Below, in pieces: positions 48,159-61,442 of a DNA stretch of 64,000 nucleotides (the first letter of the stretch is position 1; every line of letters starts with the position of its first letter). Origin of the DNA: Podarcis filfolensis (lineage: Eukaryota); assembly GCA_964270895.1 (NCBI GenBank), contig OZ185446.1, one strand, 5' to 3'. The position numbers and the translations under genes were made by a program. The notes beneath the pieces are model-generated. The model had not been told where the DNA came from, did no database searches, and saw only the letters and a program-made list of their open reading frames with translations.

Positions 48159-51100
48159 CTGAAGGGGAAAGGAGAAAAAAAAAAGGTCACTGTCAGAGTA
48201 AGGTATTTCAAAAGAGAAGAACATAAAAATAAGTGGAAGTATCAGATTTAGTACTCAAACCATTCCAACAGAAACTCAAAAAGTTGCTTAAGAAACCAGA
48301 TGAATAAAAAGGATCTAGCACTATGGCAACTAAAATTATCAGTTAATAGAACAGAAGCATTTGTAAGAAAGGTGGGTCCCTAGTTGTTAATTCCTATATT
48401 CTCCACAGTATTGTTTGAAAGAAATTTGCAAAAAAATACCCGTAAATAGTGAAAATGCATAGGGGCTCAGTCAGTACTGCAGTATTTAAATCCCCAAGAT
48501 GACAAGAAAGTAAAATAGTAACCAAAATTAGTGTTCAGAATAATTACCATATTTTCAAACACAGACGACAGGCTAGCTTGTCACGTGTGGGTGGGTGCAC
48601 TTTCAAACTTTTAAAAATTCTACCACTCAGAATTATTTTAGTGTTGCACTATAAACACAAGCATTCACTGGAAAAACCAACGGACGCTCATGCTTTCTGA
48701 CATCCATTTGTTCTCATGAGTTGAACAAGAGCCCTTCTGCTTGTCTAGAAGCAGGGCTTGGTGGATTGGGACTATATAAATTGTGCCAAAGTATCGTTTG
48801 AATCGGAAACACTGGACAAGACCCCCTCCCGCCTTTTAATAGAATTTTTGATGTGAGAGGTGAGGCTCAGGCCAGCCTATTTGAGATGACTTGTGAACTT
48901 GGAAACTGCTTCTTCTGATTCCTGATGTGCAGTGGCTGGCTGATTATTCAAGTTTTAAGAAAAGGCACTCTGTATGCACTCTAACTGCCCTGACATCTAA
49001 TGATGAAGGGCAGCACATAAGTCTAACAAATAAGATAAAATAAATAACACGAACGCTTTCCTAAGCCTCGTGGCTAAGCCTTGGTGAACCACACTTCCTT
49101 CACTTTGTCATAATGTCTATTTTAAAAAATAACTTTAACCCCCTTCCACTTTTCTTGCAGCTTCCAGTTGTGTCAATGCCAATGAGTTATTAATTATTTT
49201 CTGAGCAACTGAAGTCACTGTGGTTATGTCAGAATCTTATTTCACACGATTCCAATTTCCTTCCTCTTAAATTTGTTTCGTATCTTTGTTGCCGCTGCCT
49301 TGAAGCAAGGAAGACACAAGGAAAACACGTTTTCGATGTTTTGCTGCAAATCCTACACTACCTTCTCAGAGATTAGCAATGCCCTAGTTTGACGGCTGAA
49401 GACTGTCACCCTGAATCAACAGTCTACATCTGTTGTGTGGTCCTGCCACTCTCCATTTAATATAACAGGTCCACCCAAGCAAGCAGGGTGACAAACTGGA
49501 CCTCCCTGCCCTCCTACCTTAAAGGGCTTACAGGCAGAAGAAGAGAGACAAGCTGTCATAGCACTGTTCTACATTTTCGCCAGTTTTAGGCTATAGATTT
49601 TTTGATCCAGAGGAAGAGAGACAATCTGATGCACTGGAAGTTACTCCAGTGCAATGCTTTGTGTCTATGAGACAAGCTCTGATTTCTGTAAATTCTTATA
49701 TGGAAAGATTATACTTCACCGGAATAGGCAATCTATGGAAGTTGCTGCTGACAATGGTGTTTCTGAAATAACCATCAGTTCTCTCACTGGCAGGAACCAA
49801 CACAGATATTCTTCTACAGAGCCTAAGAAGGCAGCCCTATATGTGTTTACTCTCAGAAGTAAGTCCCACTGAGTTCAATGGCACTTGCTCAAAAACAAGT
49901 GGGTATAGGATTGCAGCTCAAGTGGCATTTTCATGATATTAATTCCCAAAGGAATAATTGTTAAATTCCCGAGTAGTCTAAATAGGCCTTTTCATTTAAG
50001 AGGTAGAGTATGTAGGAACCTGCAGCTTAAACACCATCTTCTTTGATGATTTTGTCATTACGCTTCCAACTCAGAATTTAACTATTCTTTTAATTATTAC
50101 CCTCAACATAAAATTGACTTTATTCTATTTAAACTACTGTTCAGTCTCCTGTTTTACCCACGGTTATCTATTCAATTACACAATCACTGAACACCTACAA
50201 CCAGGCTGTATTAGTATTAATTCAAAATTAGGAAATCCACGAGATTCGTTTGAGTTATCTGAACACGGTCATTAAACTGCCTGTTTTAAATTATCAGCGT
50301 AGCCGTGAGGCTGCAACTATTTGCAGCAGGCAAGCACAACTTGGGGTCCACAAGCGGCCCAATAAGTCTTCTGTTCATGGAGACCTCTAGTTAATCCCAG
50401 GACAAGCTTCAATACATTGCTGGTAGGATGCATTTGGCTTGGTGGCTCACAGTTGGGTAGGATTCCAGCATTAGAGCAAGAATCACCAAAGAGGCCTTCG
50501 CTGGTATCCACACCTTTACCTACTGAAATTAGGCTTGAAGGAAGCATTCTGTTTCAAAATAATAGAACAAGATGTGGCACGTGCTTGCCTGCAGTGTGTG
50601 TGGTGCTAACAGTTTCATTAGCTTGCAATATGCTCCAAAATTTTGGTGACACCCGCCGATTAGAGGATGGCTTCATATAACAACCGCTCAAGCTAGTTTG
50701 CTGTCACACCGAATGCCAGGAAATTTTCATTCTATTCTAGTGTGAAAAAGATATCCTCAAGTGAGTTCTATTTAAAACGTTTGTCAGCCCGACAGCTTGC
50801 TAAGTGTCGTCGGTTCAATCTTCTTGAATTTTCGCCACAATTTCATGAAGAATATGGGAAAAGGCAAAGTCACATTTTGCTTCTTCTCATAATTACCAGA
50901 AAAAAGACTGTTGGATCAGCTCTGTCCCCTCCTCCCTCCCAAACAGTCAACATGGCCAAGTTTTTCCTGCCCAGCATATCAGAAAAGAGATCAGTTAAAA
51001 GGCAGGAGCTGTGATGCAAAACAATCCACAACCACATTCTGCCCTTGCACCCAAGAGCATGCACCTGCATGCGCTTATCATTTCCATTTCCACAAACTGC

Positions 51101-51581
51101 TGTCATGGAATTCCTAGGCTCCTCTTTAAACTCCAGACCCGAATTAGTATGTGGAGCTAAGCATCAACTGGGAATAGTTTAGAAGGAAAATGGAAGTGGG
51201 GGGGGGGGGAGAAGAATATTAAGTTAGCAGATCCACAGCAGGCTTAGCCCTGTTTGGTAATTTGGTAGTTGCTAGGTTGCCTGTGATGATTTAAAGATGG
51301 CACGGCTCCACCCCTGAGAGCAACGGACTCAGATAGCAGAGTGCTGCACTAACTAGAAAGCAACTGCAGTGCTCTGTCATCCAGCTGAGTTGCACAACCG
51401 CCAAGTGGAAAGAAATATATGGAGGCCTCCTCGAGCTGGGCCTCTGAAGCGTGTTTGCATGTTGTGATTTGAAGGAAAGTCAGAGAGAGCACCACGCTGT
51501 GTGCAGCAATGGAACAACACTGCTCCATCTTCTCGTCACAATTCATTAAGGGAAATACTAGCTAGCGAGCCGTGGCTGGGA

Positions 51582-51642
51582 AGAAATCCTTGGTTAAGGC
51601 TGCGTGACATCAGAAATCCTTGGTTAAGGCTGCGTGACATCA
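51582..51642. repeat. Perfect 30-bp tandem duplication
   Basis: agaaatccttggttaaggctgcgtgacatc x2. Confidence 0.95.
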
Positions 51643-52037
51643 CAAAAACCTACTGCAGCAAACTGAGGAAGGAAAGGAGGAAGCAGGGTGCTTCCCGACC
51701 ATGAAACCTGTCTGCCGATTGGGCAGTGTGAACCTGAACCAGACCACAGACATTTCATCTAGAGGCTAGGTTTGCCATGCAATTGACAGTGATATTGTTT
51801 TCTTCAACAGCTGTGGCAGCCTGCAAATGACTTATTATGTTTCAAATGGGGGGAGGGAAATGGTTTCATCAACTGCCATACTTTGCAACATTTCCCCCAC
51901 TCCTCAGAAACTTGTAGTCATGGTTGCAGCTCAGTGGTTTCCAAATGATATTGCAGGATATCCAGCCGCACACAACTTTTAACGGAAGGTTTGTTCGCAT
52001 TAATCCGAAAAGCAAAAGTTAGCAAGAAGATGCCAAC

Positions 52038-52192
52038 CTTCTGAAGTCCGCCATTTTCTTCCACCAATGGAGGAAGGACACTGGTGCTGTTGGTAGATGG
52101 TGGCTCAACATTGTAGTCACGAAAGCAGCAGAACAAAGTGCTAAAGATGCTTCGACTCCTCTGCTTCTTCAAACTGAGATTACATTGGGACA
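52038..52192 (-). CDS. CTDSPL: CTDSPL exon 2 (155 nt): (V)[51 protein letters not shown]
   Basis: Peptide matches the CTDSPL N-terminus ([29 protein letters not shown]...[13 protein letters not shown]), not CTDSP1/2. Acceptor ctttacag, donor AAG|gttggc. Length fits the recalled mammalian exon. Confidence 0.97.
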
Positions 52193-52585
52193 CTGTAAAG
52201 AAAAGCAACATTTGAAGTCAGGTGTGTAACAGCTTCCTAGGCTCTTGAAGAAATGGGTCAGTTATCTTACATGTGTTCATACTGCTTTTAAAGTAACATC
52301 ATAATGTTGAAGGTGAAAGCCTTATTAATCATCTTCTTTTGAGTTATGCCAGGAGGCATTGTTGCCTCTTTTCTTCAAAGCTGTTTGGTGTCAAGACAGC
52401 AGTGCCAGGTTATACCGGAGAAATATACTGGACATAATTTTGCTAAGCTGTGTGTCTCCCTGCATGCCTTTTTACAGCAAAGCTACACATTATGCTGAAG
52501 CAAACACTGACACCCATCACATTCACACTTTATATTTAACAAGCAAGAGAATAATGCGTGAAGCAGTTCTTTGGTTTCTTATGCA

Positions 52586-52588
<3 letters not shown>

Positions 52589-52624
<36 letters not shown>

Positions 52625-52870
52625 TTTTTTTATTTATATCCTGCCCTCCCCAGCCGAAGCTGGGCTCAGGGCAGCTAACAACAATCAAAATAATCCAACA
52701 TTCTAAAAACATTCATTATAAAATTAATTAAAATCAAATTAAAATCAAATTGATGGCAACCATTAAGCAAAATTCTGTGCAGATTGCCAGAGGAGGGGGT
52801 CAGGCTGCGCCCTGACCAAAGGCCTGGTGGAACAGCTCTGTCTTGCAGGCCCTGCGGAAAGATGTCAGAA
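52589..52870 (-). mobile_element. L2-type 3' fragment (different subfamily) with (AAT)n tail
   Basis: (aat)n, then tttatatcctgccctccccagcc...ctgggctcagggcagct...tggaacagctctgtcttgcaggccctgcggaa. Confidence 0.7.
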
Positions 52871-54694
52871 ACACGGGGAATTGCCATGGCACTATGACAA
52901 ACAATACAGGAGGGAAGAGAACGTTCTATCTACGACCCATTTGGGCAGGACCTTTGAGTAGGCACAGCAGATGTGAAAGGCATCTGTGCCTCTGCGGCCC
53001 TTCAGAAAAAAACTAACCACACCAAACAAAACAACCAAACAAATTGCTGACACATGCATTTCAAAGACTGTCAAAAGCACCTGTTCAAAAGTTCATTTCA
53101 GGACACAGCTCTGGCCTTGGATGTGATCTGTATATGTAATTAAGTTGTGACAGCTAGGATTTAAGTAAGTGGGGAACCAGTGATGCAAGCCCGAAATGGC
53201 GGGGGGGGGGGGGTTAAATGTGTTCCTACAAACAGCAGGACCTTATGCCCCATAGCAAGCTGCTTCTGAAATGCAAGGTTTTTTCAAAGGCCTTCTGTGA
53301 TAGTGCTTGGGCAAAAGGGTCAGCTGTGCATGGAAACACCCTCCCCCTCCATCAGCATAGCACAAACACTATGTAGTAGCGGTGGTAGAGACCACAAAAT
53401 CCAGCTCAGGTTCCCCATTTGGCACTTGGTGAAATAGCCTGATTTGGCTCAGGCCAATTTCAAAGCTTTCCAGTTCAGCTTGGGTGTCTGAATCCACTTT
53501 GCTCCCCCCTCCCCAAAATTCACTATTGGGAAATTTAAACACACAGACACACACACTTTAACATTTCCCCCAGTTTACAGAATTTGATGAAATCAGCAGA
53601 TATATTAGTCCCTTCAGAATGGATCAATTGGATCAGGAGCTGTTTTGTTGGATGTCTCTAAAACATGACTTTGTTTTTTTCAAAACATAAAAAGGCTATA
53701 ACTTTCATTTTGGGGCAGAACCAGATGAAGTTTGCAGGCAGATTACTCCTTCTGAGGACCCAAACCTCAAATTTCAGAAGGATAGCTGCAGATTCCTGCC
53801 AGGGCGGCAGTAATATTTTTTGGGGGGGGATCACTTACTCTCCCTTCGTGTTTGTGGACAATTGGTCTAAAAATGGAGGCACGAGAAGTCATCCTGGGCA
53901 GAAAAAGAAAAACCCTGTCAAATTGTAGACAAATTGTTCCAGCGGCTTTGGTGCTAGGTATTTGTGATTTTGACTATGGGTTGAGACAGAAGGCGATTAA
54001 TTTTCATTCCCTATGACTACAAGCTAGATCTGTCAGTCACGGAAGAGCTCACCCGGTCCTGATTCTGCAGTTTTCCTTAAAGTTAAGATATATTTTCCCC
54101 CTTGCAATGCTGTCCTCTCTCCCCACACGCCGTTAAGGTACAAGATACTTCATGAGTGCCTCTGTTGGCTCATGTAGCCTCTTGTAGAGCCTGCAGTGCG
54201 TCAGACAAGCCCAAAACGTAATCTTAAAACATTTTAGCCACCTATTTGGATCCACCTTTTATAAACCACTGTACCTCAGCTGAGTTCCCATGCCAGAGCA
54301 TATGACTGGGTATCAACTGACTCTAGTGGACAACATGGTGCTCAGTTCCTGCACTAGTACAATGGTGTGACAGGGAGGTGTGCTGCTAGCACAGCAAGCA
54401 ATCAAGACCCTTATCCAGGCTACAGTCTGGTCCCACTTTGTCAGCACCTACCTACATTTAGCTAAAATGTGGCAATGCCCTACAGCAACATACTGAATGA
54501 CCTAGATCCAGGCATTCACAGCAACAATTTTACACTTGCTTCACTATTCCTGCAGAATAACCCTAAATGGTCTCTACCTGCACTTCACTACAAACTCGGT
54601 GTGTGTGTGGATCAGGCAAAGGTACCAGGTGTGACTACCGATTTGTGTTCTTGGAGAACACTTAGAAGGATTCATGCAGCCTTTTACATAAAAT

Positions 54695-54795
54695 CACAGA
54701 ATTGTGGGTTGGAAGGGACCCAGAGGGTCATCTAGTCCAGCACCCAGCAATGCAGGAATCTCAACTAAAGCATCCATGATGGATGGCCACCCAAC
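54695..54795 (-). mobile_element. CR1 3' tail fragment
   Basis: gttggaagggacccagagggtcatctagtccagc...tgcaggaat. Confidence 0.75.
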
Positions 54796-55457
54796 ATAAA
54801 CTCACAGGAGCGACTGGCCTGCTGGAAGCTGTCAGAGGAAGGCTGGAGAATCCCCCCTGAAGCCTGTCTGGTTTCTATGCTAGGATGTCCCTCTTCTGCC
54901 GATCTCCTTGCTCAAGGACATGGAATTCATGCACCTGCCTGCAGACAATTTCTTGTTGCCTAAGATAGAGGCAAAGCACAAGTCTGATTTAAAGAAAATA
55001 CTGAATAGCATTGCCCTGTACAATACAAAGTATTCCCCCTCTCCAATGTTTCTCAGCTCAAGCATCTTACAACTCTTTGCACCTTCAACAGCTTTAGTTG
55101 CAACTTTCTGGTTGCAGAAGTTTTAGCATCGTTATTGCTGACTAAGGAGGTGAGTAACTGATGCACACATCAGACTAGCCAGTATGTGCATAGTACTAAT
55201 AATGCTATTTTGTGGCAGATTAAATATAGCTTGTTCACCATTTCCTTCCATTACTTCCTGAACCACTTGATGTCTTTTATATAGAGAAACCCCTAACAAA
55301 CATTTATGAGTAAAGGTTCTCAAAGCAAGCTCAGCTCACAGTTTTGCCCTACAGGACCAGGGCTGGCCTGAAATGAACCCCTCTAGATCTTATGGCGACA
55401 AAAGAGTAGTTTTCATTATGAGGCAAAAGCTTGGAAACTCAGGCTTCCTCCTGGGCC

Positions 55458-56515
55458 TTGTCCAGAAAGTGGTGGGGGGTGATGAGTGTTCAGACCCCTG
55501 GGCTCTCACTTGTGGGGTGCCTCAGGGTTCCATCCTCTCACCCATGCTTTTTAACTTCTACATGAAGCCGCTGGGAGAGATCATCAGGGGGTTTGGGCTG
55601 GGTGTCTATCAATATGCAGATGATACCCAGCTCCACCTCTCTTTCAAATCAGAACCAGTGAAGGTCCTGTGTGAGTGCCTGGAGGCGGTTGGAGGATGGA
55701 TAGCGACTAACGGATTGAGGTTGAATCCTGACAAGACAGAAGTACTGTTCTTGGGGGACAGGGAGTGGGCTGGTGTGGAGGACTCCCTGGTCCTGAATGG
55801 GGTAACTGTGCCCCTGAAGGACCAGCTGTGCAGCCTGGGAGTCATATTGGACTCACAGCTGTCTATGGAGGTGCAGGTCAATTCTGTGTCCAGGGCAGCT
55901 GTCTACCAGCTCCATCTGGTACGCAGGCTGAGACCCTACCTGCCCGCAGTCTGTCTCACCAGCGTGGTGCATGCTCTGGTTATCTTCCGCTTGGACTACT
56001 GCAATGCGCTCTTTGAAGGAGCCCGAAACTACAACTAATCTAGAATGCGGCAGCTAGACTGGTGACTGGGGGCGGCCGCCGAGACCACATAACACCGGTC
56101 TTGAAAGACCTACATTGGCTCCCAGTACGTTTCCGAGCACAATTCAAAGTGTTGGTGCTGACCTTTAAAGCCCTAAACGGCCTCGGCCCACTATACCTGA
56201 AGAAGCGTCTCCACCCCCATCGTTCTGCCCAGACATTGAGGTCTAGCACCAAGGACCTTCTGGCAGTTCCCTCACTGCGAGAAGCAAAGCTACAGCGAAC
56301 CAGACAGAGGGCCTTCTCGGTAGTAGCGCCTGCCCTGTGGAACACCCTCCCATCAGATGTCAAAGAGATAAACAACTACCTGACATTTAGAAGACATCTG
56401 AAGGCAGCCCTGTTCAAGGAAGTTTTTAATGTGTGACATTTTAATGTATTTTTAATCTTTGTTGGAAGCCGCCCAGATGGGTGGGGTACAAATAATAAAT
56501 AATATTAATTATTAT
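55458..56515 (+). mobile_element. L2 LINE 3' kilobase including the RT core (YADD), decayed
   Basis: GVPQGSILSPMLFNFYMKPL...QYADDTQL...LNPDKTE...RLDYCNAL, then HITPVLKDLHWLPV. A small deletion/frameshift lies near 56010-56040. Confidence 0.95.
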
Positions 56516-58484
56516 TATGAGTTATGCTTGCAAAACCAGAAGGGTCTTTGTCTACTTCCATCCGACTCAGATGTGAGCAAATCATGCAGGCTTTTGAAAG
56601 TTTCTGGCAGAAATAAACACATTTTGGAACAAAAAGAGATGGTCAATGATATTTTACCAAAGACTAAGCCCCATGTTAGGTCTTTACTTAGTATGTAAAT
56701 TTTGCACTCCAGAGGATGCAAAATTCTTATAGAGTGTTAGCAACAAAAGGGCCCATACCTTCATGATTTGCCTTCCCAAGACGCAGTGGCAGGCAACCTG
56801 GGTGGCTGGCAGATCAACCAAGCCCTAATGGACTTTATCCCTTCCAGCCCACCTGCTTCCTTACTGTCAACCACTGCTGTATAACATGGCTGAAATCTTC
56901 ACATATTTTCTTCCGAGGGGGCCACAGCTTGGCATGCAAGTGGTGGGTAGTATTACCTATTTCCTGCAGTTCTCTTTCTCAAGAAATGCAGACTGTTTGT
57001 GTGTGGCCAACTCCAATTAAAATAAGAAAGAACGATTACCCAGCTGCAGTTATATTGGTTCTAAAACAAAAATAAAAGGGGGAGGGGAGGAACCTTATGA
57101 ATGAATTAAGTAACCATAAGGCAAGTCTCTTAAGCAAAAGACGTAGAAAAATAAGCCCTATCAGATCAAGTACCTCAAGTGTGAATGGAAGAAGCCTCAA
57201 ACCATTATACCAAGTGGGTAGGTGGGTGGGTGGGGTGGGGGTGGAGAGCCATTTCATATCCAGGCCTAGATCATTCAAACCTCTTTTAGGAAGGGTTACT
57301 GATTCATGTGGGGTTATGCTCCTGACCCACGTGTGTGTCGGCAGAGCATGAATAGGCCTTTTCTGGCCATTTCCAGGTCACTGCAATGTGCTGTTACGCA
57401 TCAATTGGACACGCGTAAATCGGTCATTGCCTGTACTTAAGGCTGCCCTAGATGGGTCCTACCTATGATCAAATATACTTTTTAAAGATGCAGATGTGTA
57501 CATTATTAAGACCTCAGTGGATCTGTGTTACTAATTTTCAATTTCTTACACAAGGAAGATGTTTGTGTTGCACAACTAACGCAGAAGTCTATCCAAAGGT
57601 GAATTTTCATAGCGCAGCAGCATATAGGCCATATTGTACCTTACACAAGATTGGAGTTTCAAGAAACCATTTAAATTAATGTGAAATGGTTTTACTTCAT
57701 AGCCTATGTGCCTCAAAAGCACATGACTTGAGCCTACCACTGACTCACATTTCCTTGTGGAAAGATGTTCTGGAATAACCTTTGGCATCTTTATAGTTTT
57801 GCAAAATTATGCAAGGACTATGTCTGTTACTGTGATGCAAGTGTGAGATATAACACTTGAGAAACCCTTTTAAATGAATTTATCAGCTCTTTACAACTTT
57901 TAATTTTATATCTTGCGGTTATTGTCTTAAGAAAAAGGGGAAAGCTAGCAAATTATCTTTAAATGTACATAGGAAGCATTCCTGGAAAACTATTTTATAC
58001 TTCTTATACAGCACCCCCCCTCCCAGAAAAACCCCCAGCAGTAAAAAAAAATTGCCTAAATGTCAGAATTTTACATTTGAATATTCAAGGTGTATGCTAC
58101 TGATTAAATGCATAGTGAATATTCTGAATTGATATCAAAAGTTTATACAGTTGCAATTCAAAGCTGTTATGGTACTTTAGTGTGGTGGATAATGAGAACC
58201 TGCTGCATTTGTGCCACCGTCTAAGGGCCATCATAGAGCCAATAAGGATATGAAACAGGTTCTGTGTGAAAGGCGATGAAGAGCGAAGAAAACAAGACTC
58301 TCACATAATGGCACTAACAGTGCTATCTGTAGACCACTTATTAGCCATTGTTTCAATGCAGTCAAAGAGGCAAATGCTTCACCAGGATGTGCAGTTCTGG
58401 ACCAGTCACAACATGTTTGGTCCATACATAACGCTGTTTTGGTTTTGTCCTCCTACAGAGTTCTGAGTTGATCAAGAAAAGACC

Positions 58485-59545
58485 TACCGTAGTTTTCGCT
58501 CCAAAACACGCACTTTTTTGCTCCTAGAAAGTAAGGGAAAATGCCTGTGCGTGTTACGGAGCGAATGCACGGATCGGAGCCATGGCTGCCGTCAGTCAAG
58601 CAAAGCGGGAGCCGCTTACACGCTCTACGAGGCTCTCGCTTTGCTTGCTTTAAAGCGACCTGGAGCCGGGGAGGAGGGAGGGAAGGAGAGCCATGGCAGC
58701 AAAGCGGGCAGCAGCCGCTTACACGGGAGGAGGGACAGATGCTAGCAAAGGTCCGTGCGCTCTCTAAACAGAGCAATGAGGCTGCAGAGGGACGGCAGGA
58801 AAGATAAAACTTAAGCAACTAGCAGCAAAATAAAACCAACCTAGAGCTCTGAGCCACGCAGTGAAAACCAGGAAGTAAAAAAAAAAAGGCTGGGGATGAG
58901 GGAGAGGGGAAAACTTCGCAAATCCCCACGTCTCACTGATCCGCTGGGAGGGAGCAGCTTGTTTTCAGGCAGGATAGATTTGAGCATTGTCTGGGTCCTA
59001 GTGCCCCTACCACTTTTTTGTGCTCCATTCTATTGCTGCTTATCACTCAGGCTGCAAGGAGGAGCGCTTTTACACAGCTAATGGCGAATCCCCTGCAATC
59101 CAAGTCCTCCTCACTTGCTCAAATCTATTCTGCCTCAAAACAAGGAGTGGAAGGAAAAGGCTGCAAACTGTTAAATGGAAAAAAACCCAGGCACAGGGCA
59201 AATACCTTAAGTATACCTTTAAAGCAACAGTGCTCTTTCCCTCCCTCCTCCCCGCTCAGCTCGCCAAAGAACTCCTTCTCCACGCGTGCTCCTTGTCCCT
59301 TGAGTGCTTTTCCTTCCCTCCCCACTTAAAACGTGGTTACAAAGCACGGATCCACATGGATCCTCAGGATTTTTGCATTGGGCTACCCCAAACTCACCAT
59401 CAGATCACATGTCTGTGGCCACAGCATGAACCATAAAAATCATACATCCACTGTTTCGTTTAGAATATTTTTTTCTTGTTTTCCTCCTCTAAAAACTACG
59501 TGCGTGTTATGGTCAGATGCGTGTTATAGAGCGAAAAATACGGTA
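58485..59545. mobile_element. ~1.06-kb Tigger/pogo-like non-autonomous DNA transposon
   Basis: TIRs taccgtagttttcgctccaaaacacgca / tgcgtgttatagagcgaaaaatacggta with TA flanks; no transposase ORF inside. Confidence 0.8.
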
Positions 59546-61196
59546 CCCATTCTGTATCCCAATGCATGAGAGACATCAGGTTCAATTTATGTATCAACAT
59601 TATATTATTAAATGCCTGCAGACCACCCTTTTCCTTCTTCGCTCCGGCATACAGGATGAGCCTCAAAAGGTAGCACTCAGTGTCAGACTCCAACTTCCAA
59701 TCCCCAAGGCAACACATTTAGCATTCCTGGTGCATGACAGTAGCATTTAGAGTTCCCAGCCATATTTCTCCAATTGGGGGTGGGGGAAAAGCAGGAGAGT
59801 AGCTCACCTGCAACACTTGTTTGCACAGGTGCTATAAATCTTACTCAAATTTATATTAAAAATGCCAAATGCTGAGGAGTTCGCATTTAGGGAAGCTAAC
59901 TCAGCAACAAGAAGGGAGAAAAAAACTCATTCTTCCATACGAGAGATATTCCAAAAAAGTAAAGGCTCCAAATGGTGTAGCAAAACGATCACTAAGGAAC
60001 AAATAAAACCCCCTGTTTGCTTTCTCGGTCACATTTGCAGCCACTCCACAAGATGCTCACTCTACTTAAGACATTTTTCTGGAGACACTTTCAAGTCAAA
60101 ACATCAATGCAGCTTTTAAAGCCAGCTACAGCTTCCTCACCTTCCCACGTCCAAATTGCTATTATTTCCAAAAGCATGAGATGTTTTTACTGGACTTTAA
60201 ATATAGATCAGTCAAAAGAACAGCTGCCTAACCAAGCAGTGAAGAGCTACCCTGTATTAAAGTGCATGTGCGTGAGTACAAAATGAGTGTTTCACAGTAG
60301 TAACTGCACTAAAGGAGAGGCACGCAGCCAAGTATGTGCCACATGTACGAGCAAGTAAGGTGGTTATAAGTCCCGCTGATAAATTGGCTTGTCATACTAC
60401 CCTTAGGATTCTATTCTTTTTAAGCAGAGTTAAAATGACAGAATATGCAGACAGCATCATAAAGCAACAAATGAAGAGTTACAGATGAATATAAAACCCA
60501 ATGTATATAGTGTTAAGTGGCAGACGGATATGCAGTAGCTCTGTACAGTAAGGTACACATATATGCTAACTGATAGCAAGGAAAACAGTAGCAGTAAATA
60601 ATTACTTATTTTGTGCAATTCAAGCATTCCAATAAGAGAATATAGCCTTTCACCACATTATCTTATGGCTGCCTAATAAGCTTGGCCAACACTATTTTCG
60701 TATTGTAGGTAGTAGGTTGAATCCAAGAGAGCAGCAGCTTGCTTAAAGGGACCCCTTGTGAGGTGACAGATTTCCTGGGACAGGGGTTTCCTGGCTCACA
60801 GTTCACTCAGCCACTATATTAGCACAGGAGAACTCACGGTCCTATGTTGGGGCTCAAGCAGTCAACAACAAGTCCTAGAAAAGGTAGCAATTCCAGGAAA
60901 GCTAGCTCGCCAAATCTTCCGAAGGAGTTTTTCAAAAGGCATCCACGGAAGGATTGCTACAACTTTCAGCTGGGATGCACTGTGGTTTGCTGACCTTTTG
61001 AAGCAATGATGCCTTTGGCTCCCCCAGCCATTTATCTGGAGGCCTGGTCTTGCCCATTTTGCACCGGGGTAGAAAATAACTCGCGGAGTCTCAGAAACAT
61101 GATCACCACTGGCGGCACATTTGTGGATCTCTAGTCGTGGCTTTGTTTTACAGGTGAATTTTGGCTTCACATATATTCTTTTGATTCTAAATTCTA

Positions 61197-61442
61197 TATA
61201 GTGGTACCTCAGGTTACATATGCTTCAGGTTACATACGCTTCAGGTTACAGACTCCGCTAACCCAGAAACAGTGCTTCAGGTTAAGAACTTTGCTTCAGG
61301 ATGAGAAGAGAAATCGTGCTCTGGCGGCGCGGCGGTAGCAGAAGGCCCCATTAGCTAAAGTGGTGCTTCAGGTTAAGAACAGTTTCAGGTTAAGTACGGA
61401 CCTCCGGAACGAATTAAGTACTTAACCTGAGGTACCACTGTA
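61197..61442. mobile_element. Tigger-like MITE
   Basis: tatagtggtacctcaggtta / taacctgaggtaccactgta; internal 16-bp repeat. Confidence 0.88.

Noticed and set aside
54895-55010. LPADNFLLPKIE similar to a CR1 endonuclease segment
   Set aside because: The similarity is limited to about 10 residues, so it is not supportable as a feature.
55373-56038. 221-aa ORF, the longest in the track, as a host gene
   Set aside because: It is the RT domain of a truncated L2 LINE.
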